Source: Cyanophora paradoxa CCMP329
Taxonomy: Eukaryota > Plantae > Glaucophyta
Length of the DNA: 64,000 bases
NCBI GenBank assembly: GCA_004431415.1
Contig: QPMI01000420.1
Coordinates: 124,001-188,000, forward strand
Direction of reading: 5' to 3'
The position numbers and the translations under genes were made by a program. Under the pieces are notes generated by a model. That model had not been told where the DNA came from, did not search any database, and saw only the letters and a program-made list of their open reading frames with translations. Below, in pieces: positions 24,237 to 37,500 of the stretch. Numbering within the stretch: the stretch's first letter is position 1; each line of letters opens with the position of its first letter.

Positions 24237-24590
24237 GGGTCAACGGAGGTTAAAGTACACCTGACCGTGACGGCGTGGTCAGGTCAGCTCTCGTCACGAA
24301 CGCGCACACGGCGAGCGCGCCCGCGCATACGGCTTCGCCGACATCCACAGCGGCGCTCAAGCCCCAGCATTGCAGACGCAGCGCCGGTAGCGCCGCTCTC
24401 AGCTCATCTCAGCTCATGATCATGTCAACCGGGTCAACGGAGCAACGACACCTGACCGCTACAGCGTGGTCAGGTCAGCCCTCGTCGTGAACGCGCACAG
24501 CGCGACCGCGCCCGCGCATACGGCTTCGCCAACATCCGGCGCTCAAGCCCCGGCACGAAGACGTAGGGTCGGTAGCGCCGGTCTCAGCTC
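24237..24590. repeat. Two imperfect ~165-bp direct repeats, each holding the palindrome ACCTGACC-N10-GGTCAGGT
   Basis: Copies at 24237-24405 and 24431-24590; palindromes at 24259-24284 and 24450-24475. Confidence 0.85.
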
Positions 24591-25542
24591 CCCAGCAAGC
24601 CCGATCGCCTGGGGGTCGGCATCGTTCGGCGGCGAAGCCCATCGGAGCTGCAGCTGCGTTCGTTCCTTTGCCTGCGGTACGCCCACTTCCCTCTCGAGCG
24701 CGCCGATCGCGCCGCCCCTTTTCTTCTGGCGCTGCGGCCTGGCCGCGGCAGCGCTAGCGGGCCGCTCAATCTTCCCCCTCCAACCTCGCCGGATCGCCGA
24801 AGCCGCGTGCTCCACTTCATTGCGCGCTGACGAAGGTTCTACGCGTGCAGGTTCGACACAGCGCGGACGTTCAGCTCGCTCGGCGCAGACGCCTTCGCCC
24901 GCGGCCGGTCGATTGCGGCGTCAACTGGCGCGTGCGCGTGGCAAGTGACTCATTCGGCAGTTGTCCGGCTTTTCAACCAGGTTTGTAACCGCTACCGCGA
25001 ATATGCGGTCGCGTGCACCGCGCCTTCGCTGACAGTCGCGTTCGCTGTGCCCGCGCAGTGCTGGTGCTGGTCATCTGACGAGCCGTGCGAGTGACGAGCA
25101 GCTACGGATCCTTGAGTGTACGTATTCTTACGTCTAGTATCGCTGTCTGCCCCGCCGCTGCCCCCCGCCCGTCCGCCGCTGCCGACACCTCCCGTCGCAA
25201 CGCGTACCCCTGCCCCTGCTCTCGGATGGCCCCATACCCCAGCTCATTTCCCCCCCCCCCCCCAACAACCCCCCAACCCCCCACCCCCACCCCCTCACAT
25301 GACGTACCTCTATCCCTGCCTCACTGATCGCTGTCTCCTGTTTCCTCTTACCCGCTACCGTATCATATTCACCCCTACCCCCCCTCACCCCCACCCCCAC
25401 CCCCCACCCCTAGCCCATCCCCCCCCTCCTACCCCCGTCCCCCGTTTCCCCCTTCTCCCCCGCCCTCCTCTTTAGCCCCCGTCTTTCCCTCGCACTCTCT
25501 GCATGCTCCTTCGTCTGTTCTGACCATCCGAACAGAGCTGCC

Positions 25543-28500
25543 ATGTCGTCGAAGCAGTCGTTCGTCTCGAAGATGGTTCGCAGCGGCCTGCCCGCGCCTC
25601 CCCCTGCCCGCCCTGATTCCGACGCTGCAGCTGAGCTGGCCGAGGGTGGGGCTCGGCCGCGCGCGAGCGCCGGTGGCGCCGGAGGAGGAGGGCCAGCCGC
25701 CGGCGAGGGCGGAGGCGGGGTTGGAAGCGGGGGCGGGGACGCCGGGCACGGCCAGCGAGGCGGAGGTGGAGGAGGAGGACTTGGGGTCGGACCCCGAGCT
25801 CGAGACCGGCGCCTTCGTCCTGCTCGGCCCCGCCTCCATCTCTCCTCTGCCCGGCAGCTCGGAGAGGCGAGCGAGCCCGCGCCCGCGCGTCCGATCGCGA
25901 CCCCGCGCCGCTGACCGTCCGGCGTGCGCCGCAGCCCGAGGGCGCCAGCGCCGGGCGCGGCGGCAGCCGGGTCCGAGGGGGAGGAGGAGGAGGAGTCCTC
26001 GCCCCTGACGCCGCCGAACCTTCCTTCTGGGGACGAAGACCCCGGGTACGCAGATGATTCCGTTTCGAGGCCTTCAAGATCTCAATGACCCCCCCCCCCC
26101 CCCCCCCCCCCGCCCCTACCCCTCCCTCCCTCCCCCCCCCCCCCCCCGGCGGTAGGCTTCGAGTCGAGTCCCCAACGGACGACGACGGTCCGCAACGATC
26201 CTCGTCTTCGCCGGACCTCGATTCCTCCGCGGAAGCGGAAGTTGGGAACCGGTACCCCCCGGGCTGCGCTTGTTCTGAGTTTGCCTTTCTCCGCTGACTT
26301 CGCGACGCGCTCCCCAGCTCGAGCGAGGCGAACGGGGCGGTCGGCTGTGTCCGGTGCGAACATCGTTCGAAATTTCAGCACGCTTGATCACTCGAGAAGT
26401 CTCTTATATCTTCTCCTTCGACAGGCGGCCCGTCGGGGACGCCCCGGAGGCCCCGACGCGTGGCGGGGGCGCCTCGGATCTCTCCGATCCCGGCGAGGCC
26501 GAGGCCCAATTGCAGCCCGCGGCCCCGACCGGGGGCGAAGGCCTCTTCGTCAGGCGCGCTCCGGGGGAAGGGTCCGTCGACCAATTTACACCTTTTTCGC
26601 CGCCGATCACGATCACGACCCTCTTCGCAGCGAGTTCGTCAGCTTGGGCGAGCTCGAGTTCGAAGAGGAGCACGGACCAGAACCGGTTGAACGAGATACC
26701 CGTACGGACGTCTCCTCGCTGTTACCGTGCGGCTATCTCTTGACTCTCGCGATCGTTCCGCCAATTTGAAATTGAAGCGCCTGATGATTACTTATCGAAC
26801 AGTGAACGGTTCGATGCAGCCCGCGACGAGTTCGCGTACCCAGGCGCCCTTCTCGTGGACGCGGAGGGGGAAAAGGAAGACAGGTCAGCTTTCGCGCATT
26901 GATCTAAAATTCAATCTCTTCGCATTTTTCAATCTGCAATCAGGGTTTTCCACGGCGATCGGATCGCAACAGAAGATAACACTTCAATTTTCATCCCTGA
27001 GTGAGTTTTGTATTTCTTTGCGTGCTTGGAACGAATCCTCGAAGTAATACTCTTGCTTTTCTGCAGGGCTGGGCAAGAGCAGCACCGTATCACCCGCTTC
27101 GTGCTCTTCGTCCCCAAGGAGGCAGCCAACGTCGGCAGCAGAGGCTCGCTCTTCGTTCTTGGCAGCACGCCGGAGCTCGGCCAGTGGGATGAGCTGCGCG
27201 TCCGGATGGATCCGGCAGCATCCAACGGGCACGTCTGGGTCTCTCAGCCCGTGCCCATCCCTCGCGGGGAGGCGGTCCGCTACAAGTACGTCTTTGTCCG
27301 CGAGGCCAACCGCCGCCTCGAGCTGGCGTGGGAGGCCGGCGAAGATCGCGCGTGCTCCGACGCGCCCTTCCAATTCGACCTCCAGTTCTGCCCCGAGCGC
27401 AACTCCATTGCAAGCTTCCTCGGGCTCCAGCTGGGCCCCTCGGACCTGTGGAAGCCCTTCCGGGCTTTCTTCGCGGGCATCTGGGCCCTGGACAAGTGGA
27501 CGAGCACCCCGGGGGCCCCCCGAGACGCGCTGTGCACAACGGCGCTTTCCGTCCTCTACGAACAGCGCGTGGTGCGAATTCGCCGATCTATTTAGGCGCC
27601 CCGAGCGGCGAAATTTCTTGCGCTTGACTTCGATTCGCTGCGCGCTGCAGGCAAGCTCGAGCGAGAACAAGGCACACTTCGCTCGAGCTGTCGTGGAGTG
27701 TTTGCCTCCGGACAGCAGCGTCTTCAAGCACATCAGAGAGCATCCCGATGAAATTGATCGGCTTATTTTCGTCGTCGAGCTTTGGAGTAAGGTGCGCATG
27801 CGCATATGCATGCTCTGCGTGTTTGTAGCATGCCGTTCGACCGATCGCGGCCGACGCTGGGCGCCCCGGCCGGCCCTCGCAGATGGAGGAGTGCAGGCCG
27901 CACGCGCTCGCCCGCTTCAACGACCGGCAGCTGGCCTCGATGACGAGTCTTCTGTTCGGGCGCCTCGCGGGCGGCGTCGCGAGATGGGCGCACGCGCAGG
28001 CACCTCGTCGCTCCGCGATCAGCGACGCGGCCTCCAAAGCGGCGGCGGAGGCCCTCGTCTTCCTCTCCGTCGAGCGCTTCAAGCGCGGGTCCTTCGAGTC
28101 GTGGCTCGTCGCTCTGCCCCTCGTCAAGCTCCTCGGCGGAGACGTCGTCCAGCTGGTGTCGCGTGTGACCAGGCATACAGGCGCGGTCGATCGAAATGAG
28201 CGGAATTCCGTCCAGGCCTTCCGCGACGCCGTCAAGTCGGACGCGCTGGCGCGCGTCCTCCCCCGCCTCAGTCGCGACGAGGCGCTCAGCGCGATGCGTG
28301 CTGCGGCTCGGGTCGCTCCCACGTACACGTCGGCTCTCCGTGACGTCATCTTCGTCTGGTGGCCGGGCGTCTCCTCGGCGCTCTTCCCGTTGGGCGTCGC
28401 GCGCGCCGACGATCGCGAGGTCTTCCTCGTCCGCAGCGAGATCGGACACGCGATCGACCGCGGCGTCCACGCGGAGATCCGATCGCCGGAGACGCGCCTC

Positions 28501-31500
28501 GGCGACGTCATCCGCCTCTGGGACTCCATCCCCGACGCGCTCCGCGTGGTGGCGTCGCCCTCCGTCAAGCGCATCCTCGACGAAGCCGCCAAGGACACCG
28601 AGTCCGCGGCCCAGCACCTCGGCGACCGCGAGATCCTTCGGATCGTCGGCAGCGAGGCCCCGCACGCGTCCTTCGCCCCGGTCTTCGCGCTGGAGGGCGG
28701 CGCCGAGCTCCTCCGGAAGCTCCTCGACCTCGCCGTCGCGCGCGGCGCCGACGCAGTCGAAGAGAGCCGCCTTCGCGACCTGCCGGAGCGCGTTGCCGCG
28801 CTCTGCTCGGCAGTCGGCTTCTCCCCTCGCAACCACGCCTCCGGCTTCATCGAGAAGTGGTTCGACGCCGTCTACCCTCGCGACGGTGAGGATGGGCTCG
28901 ACGCGCGCGCGCTGCGCGCTGTCGGGTGACATTGGACTCTGCGCAGGGGCGGGCCGAGATCCGTTGGAGCTCTGCGAAGCGCTGGCCTCGCTCCCCGAGC
29001 CCTTCGCGCCCATCTCGAACGCCGTCCTTGCATCCCTGAAGGAGCGCATCGCCTCCTGTGGCACGTCGACGGTCCTGCAGGCGGCCCGCGGAGCGCGCAC
29101 GAACGCGCCGGCCGTTGCGAGCAACGAAATCGTTTGGGGCGCGTTCGTCGAGGTCTGCGAAGAGCACCTCGGCCGCGAGTGCAGCCGCAACATGCCGGCG
29201 CGGTCCGCCGCGAACCTCAGGAGCCTCCTCGGCGACGCCGCCTCTCCTGTCACGTTTCGCTATCCTGAGTGCGTCCTCGTCCGTTTCTCTGCTGCGCGCG
29301 GTGAAGTCTGCCGCCTGATCTCGACGGCGGTGCGCACGGGCAGGTTCAGGGGTCGCCTCGTCGCGTGCCTCTTCCGCAGCGTCGGCCACGTCGGCTTCAC
29401 GCGCCGCTGCGGACCCAGGCTGCTCTGCCTCCTCGGCGCCAGCGTCTTCTGGCTCGAGGCTCTGCACCACCGCGACGACCCAAACGTGGCGAGCCAGCCG
29501 CTCTTCCAGAAGGGCCTCAGCGTCCTCGTCAGGCTCCGCAACGCCGTCCTGGAGCGCAGGGCCATCGAGGCGCCTCTCTCCGCCCTGTCCGAGGCCGGGA
29601 TGGGCAGGCTGCACGACTGCATGCGGGCGGCCGGCCTCGCGAGCGCCGACTCCGACGACGAGTTCGAGCGGACGATCGACGGCGCCGTGGGCGTCTTCGC
29701 GCGGCTGTGGGCGCAGGTCAACAGCGTGCGCCAGCTGCTCGAGGTGTGGCGCACGGTCCCCCTGAGGGCCGCGCACCGCTTCGAGCTGGAGGGCCTCGTC
29801 GCGCTGGCGGAGCGGGAGAAGGCCCGCCTCAAGGCCCTCGACAGCCCGATCGTCGACCCCGCCGAGCCCCCCCCGCCGCTCCAGGCGCTCGCCGCCGGCC
29901 TCGAGGAGTGCCGGCACCCAGCGTGCGGCACCACCGTCTTCCGCAGCGCCGTCCAGCACGCTTTCCAGGAGTACGTGCTATTTCTGCTCGCACTTCTTCG
30001 CGTCCCCTCTTCTTGCGCCTCTCGCTAACGTCGCTTGTTTGCGAATGCAGGTCGCAGGGGCGGCCTCGCGTTGCGACCTACGACGAGCTCGACGGCGTCG
30101 CCGCGCTCCTGTCAGAAGGCGGGCTCGCAATCGGCGCCGGCGTTCCCGCGGAGCCAGGGCCACAGGACGCCCAGAATGCGCAGGACGGCCAAGGCTTCGT
30201 TGAAAACGCCGCGTGAGCGCCTTCCTGTTGATTTCAATCGCGCCGCGCGCTTCGCCGGCGACTCAAACGCATACTTGGCAGGAGCCTGGTCGACCTGGTG
30301 CCGGGCGTCACCGCTGCAGCCCTCCGCGCGCTGAAGGCCCACGCTGCCGCGCTCGCCCACAACCCGCTCTCGGTTCCGCTGGTCGAGGCGCGCCGCCTGT
30401 GGGGCAGCACGCGCGTCGGCGCCGAGGGCGTGTCGGCGTCGACACGTGTCGGTCCGACCATGCGCGTGGAGGCCGAGCAGGTCCTCTCGCTCGTCGCGGC
30501 GCCTCCGGAGGCCGTGGCGCGCGCGCAGGAGGCGCTCGAGGCGTGCCTGCTTCTTCCCCGGCGCGCCGCGCTCTGGTCCGACCTCGTTCGCTGTGCCGAG
30601 ACGCTCCAGTACCGCTGCAACAAGCGGACCCTCGCCCTGCGGGACGGCTTGGCGGCGCTCGACGCGCAGCCCCGCCCGTCCGCGACGCTCGGGCACGCCG
30701 CCAGGCTCATGGCCGCCACGCTGGGCCCGGTCGAGCGCGTCGCGAGCGACGCGGAGCTGGCGAGGGAGGTCGCCGTCCTCGCGACGCCCCGCGGCGCCGC
30801 CCTCGCGGCGTTCCTCCAGCGCGTCAAGAACGACGACTTCCGCCTGCTCCTGGAGACCTGGGAGGAGATGGCATCCTCCTCCATCCTCCGCCCCGTGCGC
30901 CCCTTCGCGGCGCTTGGTCTGGCGCTCGCTGGATCCGACGCGGCGCGCAGGAGACGTGCCGGGACCTGGAGGCCGTCCGGCAGTACCTCCTGCCGATGTT
31001 CTGCGCGCCGGGCGACGGCAGCGGCCTCGAGGGGCTCGTGGCGCGGCTGTCGGAGCGGCCTGCCGGCCAAGACCGGCCGGGCATGGCGCGCAGGCTCGAG
31101 AACTGCATCACGCAGCTGCACATCGTCGAGAAGAAGTTCGCCAAGGGGACGGAGGTCACCAAGACGGCCGTGCGGGACGCCTGCCGCTCCGGCGTCTACT
31201 GCTTCGACGTCGCCGACGGCGCGGCGACGCTCGCGCTGGAGACGACGGACGCGGCGGGCGGCGGCGCGCAGCGCAGCGACCGGGACGCGGTGGAGGACCT
31301 GCGGCGGCGGGCGATCCTCGTCCGCGGCGACGCCGAGCTCCTCCCGCTCATCGACGCCTTCATCGCCAACGTCGTCCTCGCCGACAGGGTCCGCCGGCCC
31401 CGTTCACGTTTGCCCTTGGCGCCCGGTCGGTTCTCACGCGCGCGCATGCACTCGCGCCGGCCCGCAGGTGCTGGAGCTCCTGACGGAGCTGCAGACCGCG

Positions 31501-34500
31501 TCGGGCGAGTACCGCCGGTGGAAAAGGACGGCGAGCAGCGCGGAGCAGCTGGCGGAGATCAAGGCCGAGCTGGAGGGGCGCCTGGCGGTCTGCCGGGGCG
31601 AGCTCGCGCAGGCCCTGGCGGCGCACGCGTGCCTGGCGTGGTTCGGAGCCAGCCAGCTCTGGACGATGTACGGGCTCCTGGCCTCCTCCGAGCAAGGCCG
31701 GCGCGCCGCCGAGGAGCTCTGCCACTTCGTGCGCTTCTACGAGCCGGCCGTGACCCCGGGCATCGTGCTGGAGGCCTGGGCGGGCCTCGGCGCCGAGCTC
31801 CCGCCGCCCGAGCAGCCGCGCGCCTGCTTCGATCTGCTCGCCGGACTCTTGGGCGCCTGCCAGCAGCGCTCGGGCCGCGCGCCGCGCGCGCTGTTCGACC
31901 CTCCCGCTTTGGCCGCGGCCGGGCGGGGCCACTTCCTGGCGCCGGGCGCCGCCCACGTGGTCCTCGCGGACGGCCCGGGCCGCGTCCCCAGCGCCCTCCT
32001 CGCGCTCTTCGCGAGCAACGGCGTCGGCGGGCGCGGCTGCGTCCCGCCGCGCAGCTCGGTCCTCCTCTGCACGCCCTTCACGGCCCCCGAGGAGATTCGC
32101 CTCTTCTTCCACCGCTGCCGCCTCTCGGCGCTCGCGGGGGAGCCCGACGTCTTCTACGTGGTGCGGCCGTACCGTCTTTCATTCCGCATTCTTTCATTCG
32201 TCCGACGCTCGCGGCCGCCGCCGCCGGCAGGTGCACGGGGAGGAGCTCCCGCACCCCCTGCAGCTGGAGTTCCTGGAGCTGCTGGACGGCCTCGAGGCCG
32301 GCGGGGCCGGCGGCCGCTTCCGCCTGGCGCTCGTCTGCTGCCGCGGGCCGGCCTTCGACGGCTCGCAGCTCTCGCGGGCGCTCGCGGCGTCGACCGTCCC
32401 CTCGGCGGGCCTCGCCCTCGAGGAGGCGCGCGCCGTCGTCGCGCAGCTCCTCCCGGACGCCCGTCTCGTCACCTCGGAGCGCGCCGGCCTCGGCAAGACG
32501 GCGCTCGTCCGCCAGCAGTGCGAGGAGATGGGGCGCGAGCTCGCGTACCTGCCCGTCTACGCCGACGACGACGGCCCCGAGCTCGTCGCGCGCCTCCAGA
32601 CGAGGGGCCTCGAGGCGGGGCGGCACGCCCTCCACGTCGACGTGACGCCCGTGGGCCGCCCCGAGGCCCTCAACCTCCTCCTCCTCGAGCTGCTCCTCTT
32701 CAGGGCCGTCTGCGCCCAGGGCCGCGTCTTCCACGTCCCCGACGACGTGCCCATCTTCGTGGAGCTCCCGAACATGCCCACCGACCGCCTCGGGCGCGCG
32801 CTCTCTGTCTGCGCGCTGCTGCGCGAGGAGCGCCTCGCCTGGAGACTGGACCGCCTCGCCGTCAGCATGGAGCCCGCCAGCGCCGTCCAGGTCGTCTGCA
32901 GGTGCCGCGCCGCCCGCCCCCGAGCCGCTCGCTCGCGGCGTCGACGACGTCGATGTGACTCGGTCGTGCAGGTACCTCGACGCGCTGGACGCGACGGACC
33001 CGCAGCGGAGCATCGAGAAGCGGGACATCGCGCGCGACTCGGAGGACAGGGTCGACGCGGACCGCTGCCGCGCGCTGCTGAAGGCGCACTTCTTTGACAA
33101 CCGGGCGGTGGCGCCGGCGGCGAGCTTCTCGGCCCTAAACACCTTCCTCACAATCCTGGCGCGCGACCTCGACCTCTTCTCCAGCTGCCCGTTCTTCGCC
33201 ACGCGGCACGTGCAGTTCCCCAAGGCCCGCTCCACCTGCGTGGCGGCGCTGGTCAACGCGGCGGCGGAGCTCGCCAGCTCGCACGACACGGCGGCGAGGC
33301 AGCAGGCGCCCGCCGGCGGCGGCGGCGGCGGCGACGAGGTGGACGAGAACGTGCTGCGGCACTCGCGGATCGTGCAGTGGGAGGCGCGCAACCACCTCCT
33401 CGTCGCGTTCCACCCGGACGGCTCCTTCACGTCCCTCTACCGCCGCGCGGAGCAGGTCCCGCCGGCGCTGAAGGCGCTCCTCGACAGCCAGACGTGGGGC
33501 GCGAGCGCCGGCAACGGCCTCCTCCAGTACCACAAGATGGACTCCACGTCGCTCCTGGAAGTCCTCGTGCGGCTGGTCCCCGGCAGCGAGGGCAAGCCCC
33601 TGCCCGACCTCGGGAGCTACGTCCTCACGGCGGACAACATGCTCAAGATGATCCTGATCTGGACGCGCGTCGACGCCGGCGTTCCCGTCGTCGTGTCCGG
33701 CGACACGGGATGCGGGAAGACGAGCCTTGTGCGCCCCTCGAGCCCCGTTCTTGCTCGCGGTTCGGTCAGCGCGGCGAGGCTGACGCGGGCGGCAGATGCG
33801 GGCGGCGTCCAAGGTGTTCGGGTTCGAGCTGCAGACGCTCAGCTGCCACGCGGGGACGACGCGCGCGGAGATCCACGCGGCCATCGACGCCGCCGAGGCC
33901 CTCGCCGCGCTCGACGCAGGCGAAGGCGACGGCGGCGGGGACAAGAAGACGGGGAAGAATCCCCCCGTCGTCCTCTTCCTGGACGAGATCAACACGTGCG
34001 GCCACATGGGCCTCATCGGCGAGATGCTCTGCCAGCGCACGATCGGGGGGCGGCCCATCCCGCCCCGCGTCCGCTTCGTGGCGGCGTGCAACCCGTACAA
34101 GAAGCGGCCGGCGCGGGCGGCGGCGTCGCCGGCCGTCGGGATCGACCTCGGCCGCAGCGACGCGCTCTCCAAGCTCGTGTACCGCGTGCACCCGCTCCCG
34201 GACCGCCTCGCCGATTTCGTCATGGAATTCGGCGCCCTGGACGACGCCGACGAGGCGCGCTACGTGCTGGCCATGCTGCAGCGCAGCGAGTTCGCGCGGC
34301 TGGTGCCCCAGGGCAGCAGGCTGTCCCTGGAGCTCCTCGCTGCGCTGCTGGTCGCCTCGCAGCGCTTCCTGAAGGGCAAGGAGGGCGCGGCGGCCGTCAG
34401 CCTGCGCGACGTCTCGCGCTGCATTTACCTCATGGCCTGCTTCGCTCGGCTGCTGCTGGAGCGGCCACCGCCGCCGCTCGGCTCGGACCGCGCCCTGCGG

Positions 34501-37500
34501 CTTCCGGGCGCGGCAGGCCTGCCGCTGGAGGCCCGCGCCGCGCTCCTCGCGCTCGCGCACTGCTACCACTGCCGCCTCACGAGCCGCGAGGACCGCAAGG
34601 AGTACCGGGAGGCGCTCGCCGGCGTCCTCGCGGCGCGCGGCTTCTGCCCGAAGCAGGGGGCGGCCGGCGCCGTGCTCGCGCAGATCGGGGACGCGCGGTT
34701 GGCGCAGCTCTTCGCCTCGCGGGCGGCCCTCACCGAGGGGGACATCCTGGCGGTCATCCGCGAGGAGCAGATGGACTACGTGCGCCGCATGGTTGACGCC
34801 CCAGAGGGCACCGCCTTCAACGAGGCGCGCCCGCCCGCCCGCCCGCCCGCCCGATCCATTCGATTCTGTATTTGTTCGAAGAATCTGACGCTGCCGGCAG
34901 GCGCTGCGGGAGAACGTGTTCATGCTCCTCGTCTGCATCATCCACAGCCTCCCGGTCATGCTCGTGGGCAAGGTGCCGCCGCGCCCTCCGGATCCTAGCA
35001 CGTCCCCGATCGCAAGCTGACGCCGGCGGGGCGGGGCGGGGGCAGCCCGGCTCGAGCAAGTCGCTGGCGCTGCAGCTCATCTTCCAGCACCTGCGGGGGC
35101 AGTACAGCAAGGACCCTTTCTTCCAGCGCCTCCCCGAGGTCCGGCCCGGGCCCCGCCCCCTCCGAAACCAAACCTCCGACCGACGTCTTCGCCGCCGCCG
35201 CCACAGGTCTTCTTCGTGCCGTACCAGGGCTCCCCGCAGTCGACCTCGGAGGGCGTCCTGCAGGTCTTCGACCGCGCCGAGCGCCTCGCCGCCGAGCTCC
35301 AGGCTGGCTCGGCCGGCGCCGGGGCGCCGCCGCCGGGGGCGCGCGTGCGGGGCCTGCCGGCGGCGGTCGTGGTGGTGGTCATGGACGAGATCGGCCTCGC
35401 GGACACCTCCCCCCACAACCCGCTCAAAGTCCTGCACAGCAAGCTCGACCCGCGGTCCGCTCCCCAGGCCTAAGCTTTCCGCCCGGCTGCCGCGCAACGC
35501 CCACCAACGCCGCGCCGCGCAGGAGAGGGTGCGGGGCGACGGAGGCGGGCGGGATCGTGCCCGACCGGCACATCGCCTTCGTCGGCATCAGCAACTACCT
35601 GATCGACGCCTCCAAGGTCGCCGGCCGCTTCCGCGCGCCGTCCCTGCGCGGCGCGGCCCCTAACGGTCGGTCGCGCCGCCTGCTCCGCAGAGTAACCGCG
35701 TGATCCAGAGCTGCCGGCCGGACCCGGACGCGGGGGACCTGACGGAGACGTTCGAGGCGATCGCGGAGGCGGCGCCGGCCTCGCAGCGGGGCCGCCTGCT
35801 CGACGGCGAGCGCCTCGCGGGGCTCGCGGGGGCGTACCTCGAGCTGCAGGAGGCGATGAAGGGCACCGTCTACCGCAACTTCTTCGGCCTCCGCGACGTC
35901 TACAGGTGCGGCCCGTCCCCGGCACGCACCGACGCGGCGCTCGCTCGCTCGCGCTCTGAGCGGCGCGCGCGGCGCCCGCGATCGCAGCCTCGTCAAGTCG
36001 TTGGCGAAGCAGCCGGGGCAGTCCCTGCCCGAGACGGCGGCGACGGTGGCGGAGGCCGTCCGCCGCAACTTCGGGGGCCTCTCGGAGGGTCCCGGCGCGA
36101 CCGAGACCGTCGTCCTCCGCTTCCTCGAGCGCCTCCGCCTGCTCGATGCCGGCTTCGGCCCCGTGCTCGAGCTCCCGCCGCCGCGGCCCGTGCTCGATCG
36201 CATCGCGGAGGGCGCGCTGGACAGCCGGGCGCGGCACGTGCTGGTCGTCTCTGACTGCGAGGCGGCCCCCGAGATCGTCCGCCGGCGGCTCGCGGCGGAG
36301 CTCGCCCGCGAGGCTTCGCGCCGGCGCGTGCGGCTCTTCAGGGGCAGCAGCTTCCCCGGGGACACCGACTCGGACGAGTTCGACTGCCGCCAGCTCAGCG
36401 ACATCACCATGGCGATGGAGGTGCGCGACGAGCAGCGCAGATCTAACTCTCTCGTGCTCACTCCGTCCCCAGGTGGAGAGCGTCGTCGTGCTGCAGAACC
36501 TGGCCGTGTACGGATCGCTCTACGACATCCTCAACGGCAACTACGCCCCGGTGCGCGCGGCCGTGCCCGTCCCGGCCCCCCGCGCGGCTCTTCGGCTCAC
36601 GGGCGGGCCCGGGGCGGCGGGCGCGGGCGCGAGCAGGTGGGGGACCGGCGCAACTTCCGCGTTGGGAGGGGCCCGCACTCCGTCAACTGTCACGTGGACG
36701 AGAACGCGCGCATCGTCGCCGTCGTGCACCCCAAAGATGTCCCCCACCAGGGTCCGCCCCCCCGCCCAGCCGGCCCGGTCGGCCCGCCCCTGAGAGCGCG
36801 CCGCGCGCGCAGACCCGCCGTTCCTCAACCGCTTCGAGAAGATCGTGATGACGTACGGCGACCTGCTCTCGCCGGCGCTGCGCCGCGTCGCCGACGAGCT
36901 GCGCGGCTTCGTCGCCGGCGCCGCGTCGGTCCCGGGCTCGCCCTTCTCGGCGGAGCACCCCGAGCTGACCTTCTGCGGCCTGCACGAGGGCGCCCTTGAC
37001 GCGGTCGCCCTCCGCCACGCCGGCCTGCCCGAGGCCGAGGCGCTCGCGGCCGCCCGCGCCGACCTCTGCCGCACGCTCACCGAGGACGCGGCGGTGCGCC
37101 TCCGGGCCTGCCGGCTGCCGGCCGACGAGGCGGCGCGCGCGGCGGCGCTCTACGCCGCGCAGGAGCACCGCGAGCTCGGCCGCTTGGCGGAGCGCGAGGT
37201 CGCCGAGTGGGAGGCCCGCGAGGCCGGCGGCGCCGGCGCCGGGCCGGGGCCGGCCTGGCGGCCCTCGTGCAGACCTTTTCGCAGCCGAAGGCCCGCCTCG
37301 CGCTGCCGGAGGCCCTCCGCGCGCGGACCCTCAGCCTGGCCAGCATCCGCCGCGCCGCTGAGCTGACCGCCGAGCTCAAGGCGTACTTCGCTGCAGGCGA
37401 CCCGCACCGCCTCCTCGTCGTCGAGTGCCGCGCCGCGCCCGACGCCGCGACGATCCCCGAGGCCCGCGCCGCCATCGACCAGCACCGCGAGGAGTACGCC

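Noticed and set aside
24237-24590. CRISPR-like or coding interpretation of the direct repeats
   Set aside because: Only two long units with no repeat-spacer periodicity and no cas genes in a eukaryotic context; the reading frame is not preserved between copies.
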